Shown here in pieces: positions 12,651 through 28,000 of a DNA stretch of 64,000 nucleotides (positions are counted from its first letter, which is position 1; every line of letters begins with the position of its first letter). The notes under the pieces are model-generated. The model was not told where the DNA came from and did not search any database. It was given only the letters and a program-made list of their open reading frames with translations. The stretch spans positions 1,612,001 through 1,676,000 of the forward strand of contig CM035354.1 of assembly GCA_020137815.1 (NCBI GenBank), read 5' to 3'. Both the position numbers and the translations under genes were made by a program. Source of the stretch: Hormiphora californensis. Its lineage: Eukaryota > Animalia > Ctenophora.

Positions 12651-13907
12651 ATGGAACGACAACCAGACCGAATGGGCACTAACAGGACTCCACCTGCAGC
12701 CGATCCTATACAGTGGGGAGATCAGACTGGTATTGTGTTTTCTCCACGACCTTTCCTAAAAACAGAGCAGATCCTTGTTGACGAACAACCATCAGTGAAA
12801 ACAGAACCAGCAGACAATGAAGATGTGAAGTGTGAAGTTAACTCTGGGTTTATCAAATGTGAACAGGAAGTTGCGTGTAAAGAGGATCCTGATTTATTGA
12901 CTGTTAAAACGGAACCAGTTGAATTGGTTTATATCAAGTCATTGTCTGATTGTGGGCCTGTTAAAACGGAGCCAGTTGAGTTTCCTTCCTTCCTTGATAA
13001 TTCTGACACACCTCTTTCATCACTTTCACAAATTGGTGAGTTGTCCAGTTTTACTTATTACTAGGCGGTGTGTTGATGAAATCCCCTTCGTATGCTTAGT
13101 TAGCCGTGCTGATCGCCGCTAGTGTTATAGGGGTGAATGCGTCACCAACTAGTTGGTGTGTTGTTTTATCTACAATATTATCTTTCAATTTTCTCCCACA
13201 GGTGAAATACCAGCAGAAATCTTGATGGACTCTGGAGAAAAGGACGATTACATTTCAGAATGTTTTGAAGCAGAAATAACAGCTAGCACTAGCGAAATTA
13301 CGGACTCTGTAGAAAATGACGATTACGTTCCAGATGATTGTGAAACTGAACCAACAGCTAGCACTAGCAAAATTATTGTCACCCCTCAACGTCCATACGT
13401 GTGTGATGTGTGTGAAAAAGGTTTTAGCTTTTCTAGTAAATTAAAATTGCATATGCGGACTCATACTGGGGAGCAGCCCTACAAATGTAATGTTTGTGGT
13501 AGAGGATTCACTCTTTCGGATAGTCTAACAATAATTAAACACATGAAGACCCATACTGATGAGCGGCCCTACAAATGTAACTTTGTGGTAAAGGGTTCAC
13601 TCAATCAGGTAATCTAACAAACCACATTAGAACTCATACTGGAATGCGTCCCTACAAATGTAAGGAGTGTGGGAAAGGGTTTACTACTTCGAGTCAACTT
13701 AAATGTCATATTAGGACTCATACTGGGGAGCGGCCTTTCAAATGTAAGGAGTGTGGGAAAGGGTTTACTACTTCGGGTCACCTTAAATGTCATATTAGAA
13801 CTCATACTGGAGAGCAGCCCTACAAATGCATAGAGTGTGAGAAGTCATTCAGTGAGTCTGGTTCCCTCAAGAGACACATGAGAACCCATACTGGAGAGCG
13901 GACCTAA
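12651..13907 (+). pseudogene. C2H2 zinc-finger gene copy 3 (exons 12651-13035, 13202-13907) with a frameshift near 13580
   Basis: Finger array split between ORFs 13153-13617 and 13644-13907. Confidence 0.7.
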
Positions 13908-14237
13908 AAAAGAGTATAGAAAACGGTTAACCCAGACTAGTTTGGCAGTATATTACCCATACAAACTACCCAAACATCACTTGAGGATTTCGGAGACTGA
14001 TTTAAAAATAGCGTGTGAGGGTCAATAAACTCCACAACAAATATTGTAAAAATTTTTATTTGATTGTCTAAATGTGTGTCCAATCCTATTCATACCCCTT
14101 GCATTGACAAGTTACCCAGTGTTTTACTTAACTTTACCCTGCCCTACCTATTGTCTAAATATATTATGCTCTTGTTTTTAACCCAGTTCTATATCAACTA
14201 AATCCTGCCTTGTTATGTCTCCCATATTTAGCAGTGC

Positions 14238-16590
<2,353 letters not shown>

Positions 16591-16989
16591 ACCCTCTCGA
16601 CATCCCCGATCCAATCGACCCCTTAGCTAAACCAAAGCCCCTCTCCCTCATGTTAAGTGTTGAATCCCTTCACCCCCTACTGACTGTTGACTCCTTCCCC
16701 ACAAGCCTGTGGATCTTCGAGAAACGTGCCCTTTGTTTTCAGTGTGGCTAGCGATTTTCCTCGCACGGGGACGGACTAAATTTCGGACTGTTTTTAGTGT
16801 GTTTGATTTTCTATATTTTGTTCATTATTAAATTTCTTCAATCAAATCAATCAAATCTTACCCAAATGTTATCACCCCACTCAGACTCCCCTCACCTGCT
16901 TTGACTCATTTCACCCTCTATTGAATCCTCCCACCCCATATTGACTCCTCTCCCTCTTTTTGACTCCCTTCCAGGGCTGGCTCCAGGGG

Positions 16990-18170
16990 GTGGTGAGGGG
17001 GTGAGCACCCAAAACTTTAAGGGCATCTCCCGGAGTTCTCTGGTCTTGTTGAGGGTGTAGTTAAGGACTTCAAACTTCTGCTCATGCAGCAGCATATCGT
17101 TTCTTCTCGACCATTCTGCTATCTGTTCTAGATTTTCTTGTAGGGCATCCCTGTCTTGAGTCTTCCAATCCAGTAATTGCTTGGCGGCTTTTGGTGTCGT
17201 CCGCGAAGGTAAGCGTACCTCCAGTCGTCCGGGATGCCAAGTCGCACACATAATATGATGAATAGAAGGGGTCCAAGCACAGATCCCTGGAATCTGGATG
17301 ACACTGCTGGATGACACTCTCGGCCCTGGAACATGCTCCGTCTATCACCACAGTCTGTGACCTTCCAGTGAGGAAGGCTCTGATCCACTGAAGTAGTCTT
17401 CCTCTGACATCATATCTTTTCAGTTTATGTCGAAGGTTTTAGTCACGTGGCTGATTAGTGCTACCGGTCGGTAATTCTCAGCTATACTTTTGTTTCCTTT
17501 CTTGAAGATGGGGGCTATCTGCTGTCTCTTCAACTCCTCCGGAATACTTCCCTCTGCAAAGGATTCTGTCCACAGGGGGTAGGCTAAGTAGCTTGAAAGT
17601 CCCTTAAAATGAGAGCCGGAATTCCATCTTTGGGTGACGCTGAGTGTGGTTTCAATTCCGCAAGTGCTTCCTCGATATCTGCCGATGTGAAGGTAATGTC
17701 GGTCAGCTCCTCTGTCTGCTCCTCGATACCTAGAAGGGCGTCCTCTACCTTTACCTGAGATTGATCGCTGAACACCTTGACGTACTGGGTCTGGAGGATC
17801 TCGGCCTTTTCCAAGGGGTCATCAGTAAGGGCTCCACTCGGCGTTAGTAGGGGTTCGATGTTTGAGTGTGTTTTCCTCTTGCTATTCGCATAGGAAAAGA
17901 AGACGTTCGGGTTAGTCTTGATCTGGGTCACAATCTTGTCCTCTTCTGGTTGATTAAATGCGCCTTGATGGCTGTTATAGCGACTGCAATGAGTTCTTCT
18001 AGCTTTTCCACTCTCGAACGGCTGGAGCCTTTCTTTAGAAGTTTAGCTATTCTTCGGTTGATTTGTCTCCTCTTTGACTTGAGTTTGGTGAAAATTCTCA
18101 TTTTCGGGGGCTTCGCCCTCATCAAGACATGCCGGTGCTTTGCAGACAGCATGAAGCTGAAGGAAGTTTA
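16990..18170 (-). mobile_element. Degenerate CR1/Jockey-group LINE fragment (RT region)
   Basis: Broken ORFs with IKTNPNVFFSYAN, QGSVLGPLLFII, FADDTK, LHEQKFEVL. Confidence 0.8.
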
Positions 18171-18849
18171 AAACAATATTGTTTTGATTTTCCAAATGAG
18201 ACCGGAAATTAGATCCCGCTTCGGATGATTCAAATGATTCTGGTCTTATTTTTCAAATATTCTCACTCTCAAGTCGGATTTATCAATGCCTAAAACGTGT
18301 CAAAATTGTTAAAAATGCTTAAATTTGGGAGCCTGTGCCCCCCAAACCCCCTGCCATAGCTCCCTACGTGCCCTTCGGCCGCTACGGTCACACATACAAA
18401 ATGTTGGGAATAGTTGCCTCCAGCCCCCTGGAAATATCGGGCTGGAGCCAGCCATGCTCCCTTCATCCATCCTCCTAGCCCTACTGACTACTCTATTGAA
18501 TCATCCCACCCCGGACCCCCTATTGGCTCTCTTCCCCTATTGACTCCTCTCAAGCCCTACAACTGACTCCTCTCATCCCCATTGACTCCCCTCACCCCCT
18601 ATTGAATACTCCCCTAACACCCTGGCCTATTGATGTATCAGTTCAAAACTCAGTCATTTCTCAACCAATTTCAAAAATCCTTGGATCATTGCCAATTGCG
18701 AAAATGGCAAAAAATTTTTACTGAATGTTACCTACTCAGTTCGCATTTTGTTTCCAATGAAATTGGAGATAAAATGCAAAATGATTACCATTTAGTCGTG
18801 CAAAAGTTCAATAACATAACTTAGGACAAACTTGCAATCTAATTTACTC

Positions 18850-19100
18850 CTTGATTTTCAGAGTTTTTATTATTCTCTCTGGGCTGTACAAATGAACCAG
18901 ACGGTGATTTATTTATTGAAACTCAAACTTTCATCATCTACAACGTAAAACTATTTATTGAGCCTGATGAAGAGGTAGATCCTCGAAACTTGTTGCGATA
19001 ATAAATCACCGGCTGGTTCATTTGTACAGCCCAGAGAGAATAATAAAAACTCTGACAATCAAACATGAGGCTAATAAACAGTTATCCGATCACCCAACTG
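18850..19100 (+). mobile_element. Penelope-like element remnant (pLTR with inverted 5' segment) carrying a hammerhead core
   Basis: 12-bp direct repeat TCTAATTTACTC (18838-18849, 19101-19112); ~18851-18913 is an inverted copy of ~19000-19062; CTGATGA-A-GAGG-TAGAT-CCTC-GAAAC at 18964-18989. Confidence 0.6.
18954..19005 (+). ncRNA. Putative minimal type-I hammerhead ribozyme
   Basis: CUGAUGA core, stem II GAGG/CCUC, GAAAC, GUU triplet, and stem I (UUUAUU..GC pairing with GC..AAUAAA). Confidence 0.5.
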
Positions 19101-19524
19101 TCTAATTTACTCTTCATGCTATTACAGCTAGGGGTGGCCAAATCGACCACCCTTTCTAATGAGTTATGAGTAATGAAAATGGATAGGTGATATACCCCCC
19201 CCCCCCCCCCCCCTCAACCCCTCCCCTCCCCACGCATGAGGGTGAAACGATGAGGTTGCGCGCGCCGCGGTACGCGCCTTTTATGAAAAGTTTTCACTTT
19301 TCAAATGTCAGCACTCGTTTCACGACCGATCCCGTTCGACAACTTCCAGACTTAAAGATTGAGTCTTGACTTGGACATAAACACAACCCGATCCTTGTCA
19401 ATGTCGGTGGGTCGAGAAAGGCAACCGAACACCCCCCCCCCCCTCCAACCAAAATCCCGATCCTCCGAATTCTAATAACCATCTGCATCCTCCCACCCCT
19501 ACTTACTTACTTCTCCCTAGAAAG

Positions 19525-20397
19525 ATGAACAACAGTGGTACGGTGATTGTATGTGTGGTTTTCTTCGTTATCCTCGCATTATTCCGGCAAAATGTTATGA
19601 TCTTTGTTCCACACAACCTTAACCGTAACATAAAGCACTACGAAGTGACATTCCGGGCATTCGACCTTGACAAGAACGGTGTTATTGATCAAGATGAATT
19701 TTTCTATGTTGGGAGGATGTTGCAAGTTGAGCAGAATCGGGACAACATAGGGGAGCAGGGGGAACCGGAGCTGGGGGTGAGTTATGTGGATTTTAGGGTT
19801 CAATTCCCGGGGGATGAACACTTTTCGGCAGTTAACAAAACTGTCACCTTCGCGGTGGAGAGGTTTAACCAACTTCGTCCAACATTTCTCACGCTGGGTC
19901 AATCGTGGGTGCTGTTCAAGGGTTACCATACACCCACCGAGTCTTACTTTCCTACACCCGTTACCCGCCGTGATATCTACTACCCCATCCACAAGCTCCT
20001 CTCTGTTCTACACTGGAATCCCGCCCTAGCAACCAGAACAACTCCTGTTTCGGTTGCCATAGTAACAGGACTCTCAGATACCCATGTTAGGGTTAGTTTA
20101 GCGATCAATGTTGAGTACCAGTTATCATGGCCTCCTGATAGTCCCCTGTGGAGGTCGCTATGTGACCCCATGATTGGTCACGTGATTTGGTCACGTGATA
20201 TGAAGTTTCTTGAGAGTTTTACACTTGGTTGTGGTGGTGAGATAGGGGACGTTTTTACTAGTAGAGGAGGGAGTTATCAGTACAAAATTCAGAATAGTGG
20301 GCTAGTTGCAGTTCCTGTCACATTGGAGGGTCATTCGGAGGGGTGGTACAATGAAGAAACGAATTGGCTGGAAATAGTGAAAACTAAGTACTTTTAA
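19525..20397 (+). CDS. Selenoprotein-N-like membrane protein (TM + EF-hand + SelN central region) lacking the Sec/thioredoxin-like C-terminus; intronless
   Basis: N-terminal hydrophobic helix; EF-hand DLDKNGVIDQDEF; IHKLLSVLH..TRTTP..INVEYQLSWPPDSPLW..GHVIWSRD resembles SELENON IHRLLSMFH..TRFAP..IHAEFQLSEPPDFPFW..GHIILSKD (from memory). Confidence 0.65.
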   Translation: MNNSGTVIVCVVFFVILALFRQNVMIFVPHNLNRNIKHYEVTFRAFDLDKNGVIDQDEFFYVGRMLQVEQNRDNIGEQGEPELGVSYVDFRVQFPGDEHFSAVNKTVTFAVERFNQLRPTFLTLGQSWVLFKGYHTPTESYFPTPVTRRDIYYPIHKLLSVLHWNPALATRTTPVSVAIVTGLSDTHVRVSLAINVEYQLSWPPDSPLWRSLCDPMIGHVIWSRDMKFLESFTLGCGGEIGDVFTSRGGSYQYKIQNSGLVAVPVTLEGHSEGWYNEETNWLEIVKTKYF

Positions 20398-21133
20398 TTA
20401 TCTTTAATTAATTATCTTTAATTAATTATCTTTAATTAATTAATTATTTAAGCTGAGTTTATTTGTGGTTATAGTATATTTGATCCTTTTGTCTGATTGT
20501 ATTCCTGATGTAAGTGTTTTGTTGGCTACTGTTTATTTCCCATTCTATATATCTGACATCATAAGAATGTCGTCCTGAAGAGTTATGTATTTGTGGATTT
20601 ATTCATTTATTTGTTGCCGTGAGCTTATCAAAAGTTAACTTTCTATGCTAACAATAAACTACAATGTCCTTCTTTTGATATCCCTAGCATGAGCATTCTA
20701 TTTCTCATTATCTCTCTCTTATTGCAGGCATGTCCTTAATGATGAATAATGAAGAGGAACTGGAATTTGGAAGGAACAACTCTCTCTCTCTCTCTCCAAT
20801 TACGCTCTCTCAGCTCGGTCGCCAGAACTTCGTATATAATGGTCGAATAGTACTAAGGTAATGAGTCTCTCAGCTCTTTTCTTTCTCTCCTTTTGCTATT
20901 TCTCAATTCGACTCTTTTTTCGTTTCTCATTGAGTAACTAAAAGATGAACTCACTCAAGTGCCTACTTGTGACTATAATGGTTCTCTCTCAGTCTTCAAA
21001 ACTGTACTACCCATTGCTCTCTTTGCAAAATGCGGAAACCATTTTGTAATCTAATCACGATACCTGCACCTCCGAGCACTAGAGGAGAGGCTGAGAAACT
21101 GGGAGGAGGAGTAGGGAGTTAGAAGTAAGGAGA

Positions 21134-21797
<664 letters not shown>

Positions 21798-22050
21798 AGG
21801 AATGACCGCAGACAGGAATATTTTAATGATGAAATCATTTCGATACACATGCTGTTGCTAATGATGTATCTGTAGCTTATTCGATTTGTGGAGATATCAC
21901 TTTATAGTCTGCACTTTTCCATGACATTTCCTGATATTTCCTGCTCTCGTTTTGGTTAAGAGCTTTGCAACAATTTTGGTTTTACTATTCCTTCACTATA
22001 TTCAGCTCTAGATTTTGTTCCTTGTATATGATTTGCCGTATGTCTTCCGA

Positions 22051-25000
22051 ATGTTTTTCTTGATTATTTTGCTGTTAGTGACACCTTGTCACAGCTTGGT
22101 TAATCAGAATGTTAACATTCACAGGGTCACCATCGGTATGTGTCAGTGTATTTTCAAGTTTCAACTGAGAGTTTTTAAACGGCTGTCTGGCGGCGCCAGA
22201 CCCCGATTTGATTCTCAAAAAGTGTGCTCATATGGGGTCGCGGCGCCAGACATTTAAACGGCGCGGAGACTTGTGTTAGTCAGTAATACAGCTCTCCATT
22301 AACTTTCAGAAAGTTGATCTTGTTTTTATTCCCTGTTCATTCTCTTCTCCGCCACGCTATCTTTAACAGCTCTTTTCCCCACCAGGCATTTTGGACCGTG
22401 GTGCGAAGTACAAGGAGTATTTTGACTTTGCCCTCCAGTATGTGGAGAATCACCCCACTTTGTTACGGGATACCAAGGTTACAGCCCTCTACAGGGAGAT
22501 CGATCCACAACCTCTCACCATTAGTAGACGAGGTAATGAGGTAGTAGTTGTATGTACTTGTAATTCCCAAAGTTCATCTTTATTTTGAGATATTATTAGT
22601 GAGATCTCTTGAGATAAGATGGATTTGGTTCAATGTACCAATTGTTTGTTTGTTTGTTCGCTTGTTTGTCTGATCTCCGTAACTTCTCGGTTCTCAATTT
22701 CAATCTCCTCCACTACAACTACATTATGACAGAAGTAGTACTAACACCCGTATACTTTGCAGTATTTGAGTTGCTGCAGCGTGGGGTATCAATGATTGTG
22801 TGTCTAGGGCCCTCCAGTATAACCCAACAAGTAACCAACTACGCCAACCAAAAGGGTGTTCCAGTAATTGCCGTCACTGCTACAGATCCTCTACTGGAGA
22901 ACAAGGAGGTAATGACATAATAATGGGTTAATTATTTAATTTAGTTAATTATTTAATTTAGTTAATTATTTAATTTAGTTAATTATTTAATTATAAACAG
23001 AATAATTATAGGATTTTGGCCACATATAATGTTCTCAAGTTATGTCTAAACTCACTCTCATTTCCCAGGTTCGACCCTATCTTCTCCGAATCTCCCCCAG
23101 CGATAACCAACAAAGCAGGGCAATAGCTGATATCCTGGGGTACTACCGGTGGCTCCACTTCTCCATTCTGACGTCATATGATCCATACGGGATCCACGGG
23201 ATCTCAGGAATTCAGGAGGCTGCCTCCTCCAGGAACTGGAAAGTTAATAATATTCAGCACTTCGCTGTCCCACTTGATATCGGATCACTTGATGTCACGT
23301 ACGTTATTGGAGATGATGCTCAAACTATCTTATTCCCTCTTCCTACCCCTACCTCTAACCCTACTCCTACCTCTCTCCCTACCCCTATGTATCTCATATT
23401 AATCCCTCTCTTCCTCAGTGAAGAGCTAGACAGGATTAAAAAGAGTGAATCCCGGATAATCGTGCTGAACTGTGGTGCGGGTGCCGCTGGCCAGGTCCTC
23501 CGACAGGCCGAGAAGAAAGGTCTGACGGAAAAGGGATACGCTTGGATAGTATCTGATGGAATAACTGGAAATTTCGTAAGTTCATTGATGACACACGTCT
23601 ATAACCGCACTATATATATGATCTGGTCTCACAAAAACTGCCCTCTTCGCACCGGGCGGCGCGATGATTAATTACACAGTACACGGGTGTTATTCAACAT
23701 TCTATGTATACTATATTTGGGCAGGTATATCTAAGTGAGATGGTACAGGCTGGGGAAATAAGCCCCAATAGGGTGAGAGAGCTACAGAATCTCCTGCTGT
23801 GCTGTAGTAGCTATACCCGGGTAGAAATGACATTTTAGACATATAGTCGGACCCCGATATACCCTTCCCCCGAGCATCCCAGTAAATCGGGGTCCGAGTA
23901 TATTACTGAAAATATATGTGTGTGTATGCAAAGTTATTTACCCTTAAAAAGCGTGCCGCTGTGAGTGGGTGAAGATAAGCAACACGCTGGGAATGGCTCA
24001 ATTAAACCAACAATGGAACTCTAAAAATGCAGCTATCTATCAAAAAACGCTCCGCTTTTATACTTAGTTGTCTGCTAAATTCAGTTTAGGCCATCACAAG
24101 ATCAGCTGTAATTAGCAGCTGTAACTAGACCCGATTAATTAGTCTGCCAATATATGTTTCAGAACGAGCTGACTCGATACACGGGTAACCGGTCCATATT
24201 TGGAAAGTACTTGACCGGTTTGATCGGTACAATCCCCGCATCTCGGGATGGAAAGGATGTGTTGAGGAAGTTTGAAAATGAGTTCAGTGCCAGGACTGGC
24301 CGAAGAAAAAGGGATATCACACCGTACGCCCGGCTGGCTTTTGATTCGGTCCTGGTTATGGCTCAGTCTATTGATGATTTTATCCAGTAAGTAATTAATA
24401 GGATAATTAGAGTGAGTAATGACTTGACATACTGACAATCAACCATCTGGCCCAGTTTTGATTCTCAAATCAGTGCCCTCAGATCGCCAGTCAGAGTGTT
24501 CCTTTTGGATAGAAACTATCCTACTAATTATCTAGGGTAAACCGGGGCAATTCGAACAACCGGGGCAATTCGAACATAGTACTGCCCGTCTCTCACCTAG
24601 TTAAGCTATCATAATGACGTCATCCTATCTCCAGAAGAAAACTGCTCGTTCGAGCCTGCCCGTTACCACTAAATAGGCTCTAGATCCGGTTTAAGTTGGT
24701 CAATTTCCGATTTGAAAAAACCAGCTGAAAGCTAATAATATCAGCTTTCAGATGGTATAAAAATTATTCAAATATTCGCATGTTTTCATTCCAAATTCTG
24801 GTAAATTAAGATTACCGGGGCAATTCGAACAACCGGGGCAATTCGAACATGGGCAATTTGGTTAACACACCGGGGCAATTTGGTTAACTCCCGGGCCAAT
24901 GATGTGCAGTTCTTTGTACCACGTGATCACGCGTGATACCGGGGCAATTCGAACAAGAACGACCAGCGTGTAGATTGCGTGTAGATTACATTGTTCGAAT

Positions 25001-28000
25001 TGCCCCCACCTCTAACAACACCAGGCGGGAATCTTCTTCTGGTGTTGTGAGGACGTTCACGTGACTCCCACGTGACGAAATAAAGCACTCCTATTGGTGT
25101 TGTCCGAATTGCCCCGGTACCATTTTTTCCGACCAAAATTTTTAAATTAGTTATTTAGTTAAGTAAATGATGGTCCCTAGAGTCGAAATTTATCTTATTT
25201 GAAAGATAAAATAATGAACTTTAATCCTATATAATTTTTTTCATTGTATCTTTTTTTAATTGGGAGTGAGAACCGATTAAGTAAAAAGTTAACCATTTTG
25301 CCCCGGTTTACCCTAATTACCATAATTAATTACAGGGCTGGTAACAAGATAGATGAGGAGAATATCGATTTCTGGGCGGAACCTGGCCGATATTCAAACC
25401 AAGGACCTGAACTTTACAACTTCATGAAGAATGTAAGACACATCGAATTAAATCGATTAATAATCAATGATTACAATAGTTGATCAAAGGTTGGAGATCA
25501 AATATCAGATAATTAGGGAATCCCAAGTTCATGTTTACCATAATATAATGTCTCATAATTTTCCAACCTTGTTATAACATTTCAGGTAGTTGTGAACGGG
25601 TCAACCAAAGTGTTGTCATTTGATGATCGAGGAGCTATTAAGAATGCAAAGTATGATATTGTTAACTTTGTTGTGGACGATAAAAACGGGTTCTTCAATG
25701 ATGTAAGTTATGGGTTGGGAAAGAACGGGTTGCTATGTTCTAACCCTCCCTTTACATTTGTGATTCGGGGGCGGGGCGCCCGAAACACAGTCTAGCTAGG
25801 CAAAGAACGGGTTCTTCAATGATGCAAGTTGGCTGGGGTAGTACCATCCTGAGGGGGAATCTGACCATCCGAGTTTCGCATTGAAATCTCCCGCCACGAC
25901 TACAAGATTGTGGGCAGGGATAGTATTGATACAATCCCTTAGGTCATGGTGAAACTTCTCTACTTCATCCCTGCTGTAGCCCTCAGTTGGTGGTAGGCGG
26001 TAAATGTTAACCAGATCTGTGAGAATTTCGCACGTTTTTGCCCATAACTCAGCCATTTCTTGACCAATTTGCCAAATATTCAGTACTATCTAGAAGGAGT
26101 GAAGTAATACTACACTCCTTCTACAGATACAGACAGAAGGAATGTTCTCACCTCAATTTTTGACAAACACTCACAGCACCTTACACAGCCGGGCAGTAAT
26201 GTAAAGCAACAGTTTTTGAATAAAATAAAGAGACGTGATTGTAAATATACACTAATAAAATTACAACAAGACATATGAATAATGCTAATAAAAGTTCTTA
26301 TTAGACGCTCCCTCCACCCCCCCCCCCTCCCCATAATTATCCAATTTCAACCAAGATCAGATCAACATTCGTTGGTCATTTCCCACTAATGTAATTGGGG
26401 TCCATCATTATTAGAAATTGGTATTGTCTGTGGCCCGTTGGTGGGATCAGTCGGTCCAATCTCTCTCTCCTCATGAGTCAGCATGTTGGTCCTCTCTCTC
26501 CCTCTCTCCTCGTGAATCAGTATGTTGATCAGAAGAAGCTATTGTTTATTACATCCTCTCACAGTTGTACAAACTACTCAACTTTGGTGATAACAGGATT
26601 AAAACTGACTGATGCAGATGGCTTCACACTCTCACCTTCCTCTGCATTCCCTTGCTCCTCCCCTGCAGCAGATCCCCCTTCTTCTCCCTCTGCCTCTGTG
26701 GTTTCCTCTTGTATCGGGGGTGTCTTGGGTTTAGAGGCGTCCACTGCTCGGGACAGTGAGGGAGATTGGTTCCTCCTTCGAACGCTATTATTGGAGGGGT
26801 AGGCAAGTTCAAATATAAGCTCGTACCAGCAAGTAAAACAAGACATTTCATTCGAGTGATTGTACTAGTAGTAGTAGTAGTGTGTAAGAGAACGATGTGA
26901 TCAATGAGAGTGTGGTGATGGGCCGCAATTTTATCTCACTTGGCACTGGATGAACATGAGCACATTGCTGCATACAGTGTAGCTACTTCACCCACTCACT
27001 TCATGGACTCACACCCAGACACGTGACTAAGCCTGTACGACAAGTGATTGATCGTTGAACGTTTCAATTCTGTATGAACAATTTAGATGACACCTCAATG
27101 GTCTACAAATTTTAGTTTGAGAGCCATGCCCAACGTTACCTGCAAAACTCTGGAAATAACTGCACTATCCGTGCAAATTTGTATTCAACACACCACCATA
27201 TGTCACTTTTTCTTTCTGTAATCGTGAACATGAGATTCAACATGAACTTCACCATTCCTTCCTCATACGTGGGCGATTGGGACCTCCTTACGGGGGTGTG
27301 ACAGCTCCTCTCAATCCTCTCAATCCCCTAGTCCTAGGTTCCCTGACCTGTCATACCATCACTAACTACTGTCCCCTAGTGACACACCATCAGGGACAGT
27401 AGTTAGTGATGGTCCATCACTAACTACTGTCCCTTAGGTCCCCTCCTATAGCAGGATCCTAGGTTCCCTGACCTGCCATTACACACCAACACTAACTACC
27501 ATGTCTCCTATAGGTGGGTGATTGGGACCCTACTACGGGGGTGACAATTGATGATCATGTTGAGTTTAGTGGGGGAGCGATGGTAGCCCCAACATACCAA
27601 CTGGACAGTCTCTACGGACGGCACCTTATCCTTGGGATAGATCCGGTGAGTTCCCCCCCCCCCCGAGTTGTCGCTGCTTTATAATTGTGGTTGGATTAAT
27701 GTAGCTAATTTGCCAACTTATATTCTGTTTCGTGAGATTCTCCCAGCTATCTGTTGAAATGTACATACAATTATGCGTCAATTAAATGACATCAATGACT
27801 TCGTAACCAAGGAGACGAGAGGGATAATGACTCTTCCTCGTCTCCTTGGTTACCAAGTTACCTACAACTCTCCTCTCAGGATCCACCGTTTATATTTGAG
27901 AACCTAACCTGCACCGCACAGTGGGGAAAGGGTACTAGGAAGTGCTACTACGGATACTGTATTGCGCTAGTGGAGGAGCTTTCCAAAAAACTGAATTTCA

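Noticed and set aside
26574-26846. Acidic minus-strand ORF as a nested gene in the iGluR intron
   Set aside because: Short, low complexity, no recognisable domain or clear splice structure; cannot be supported.
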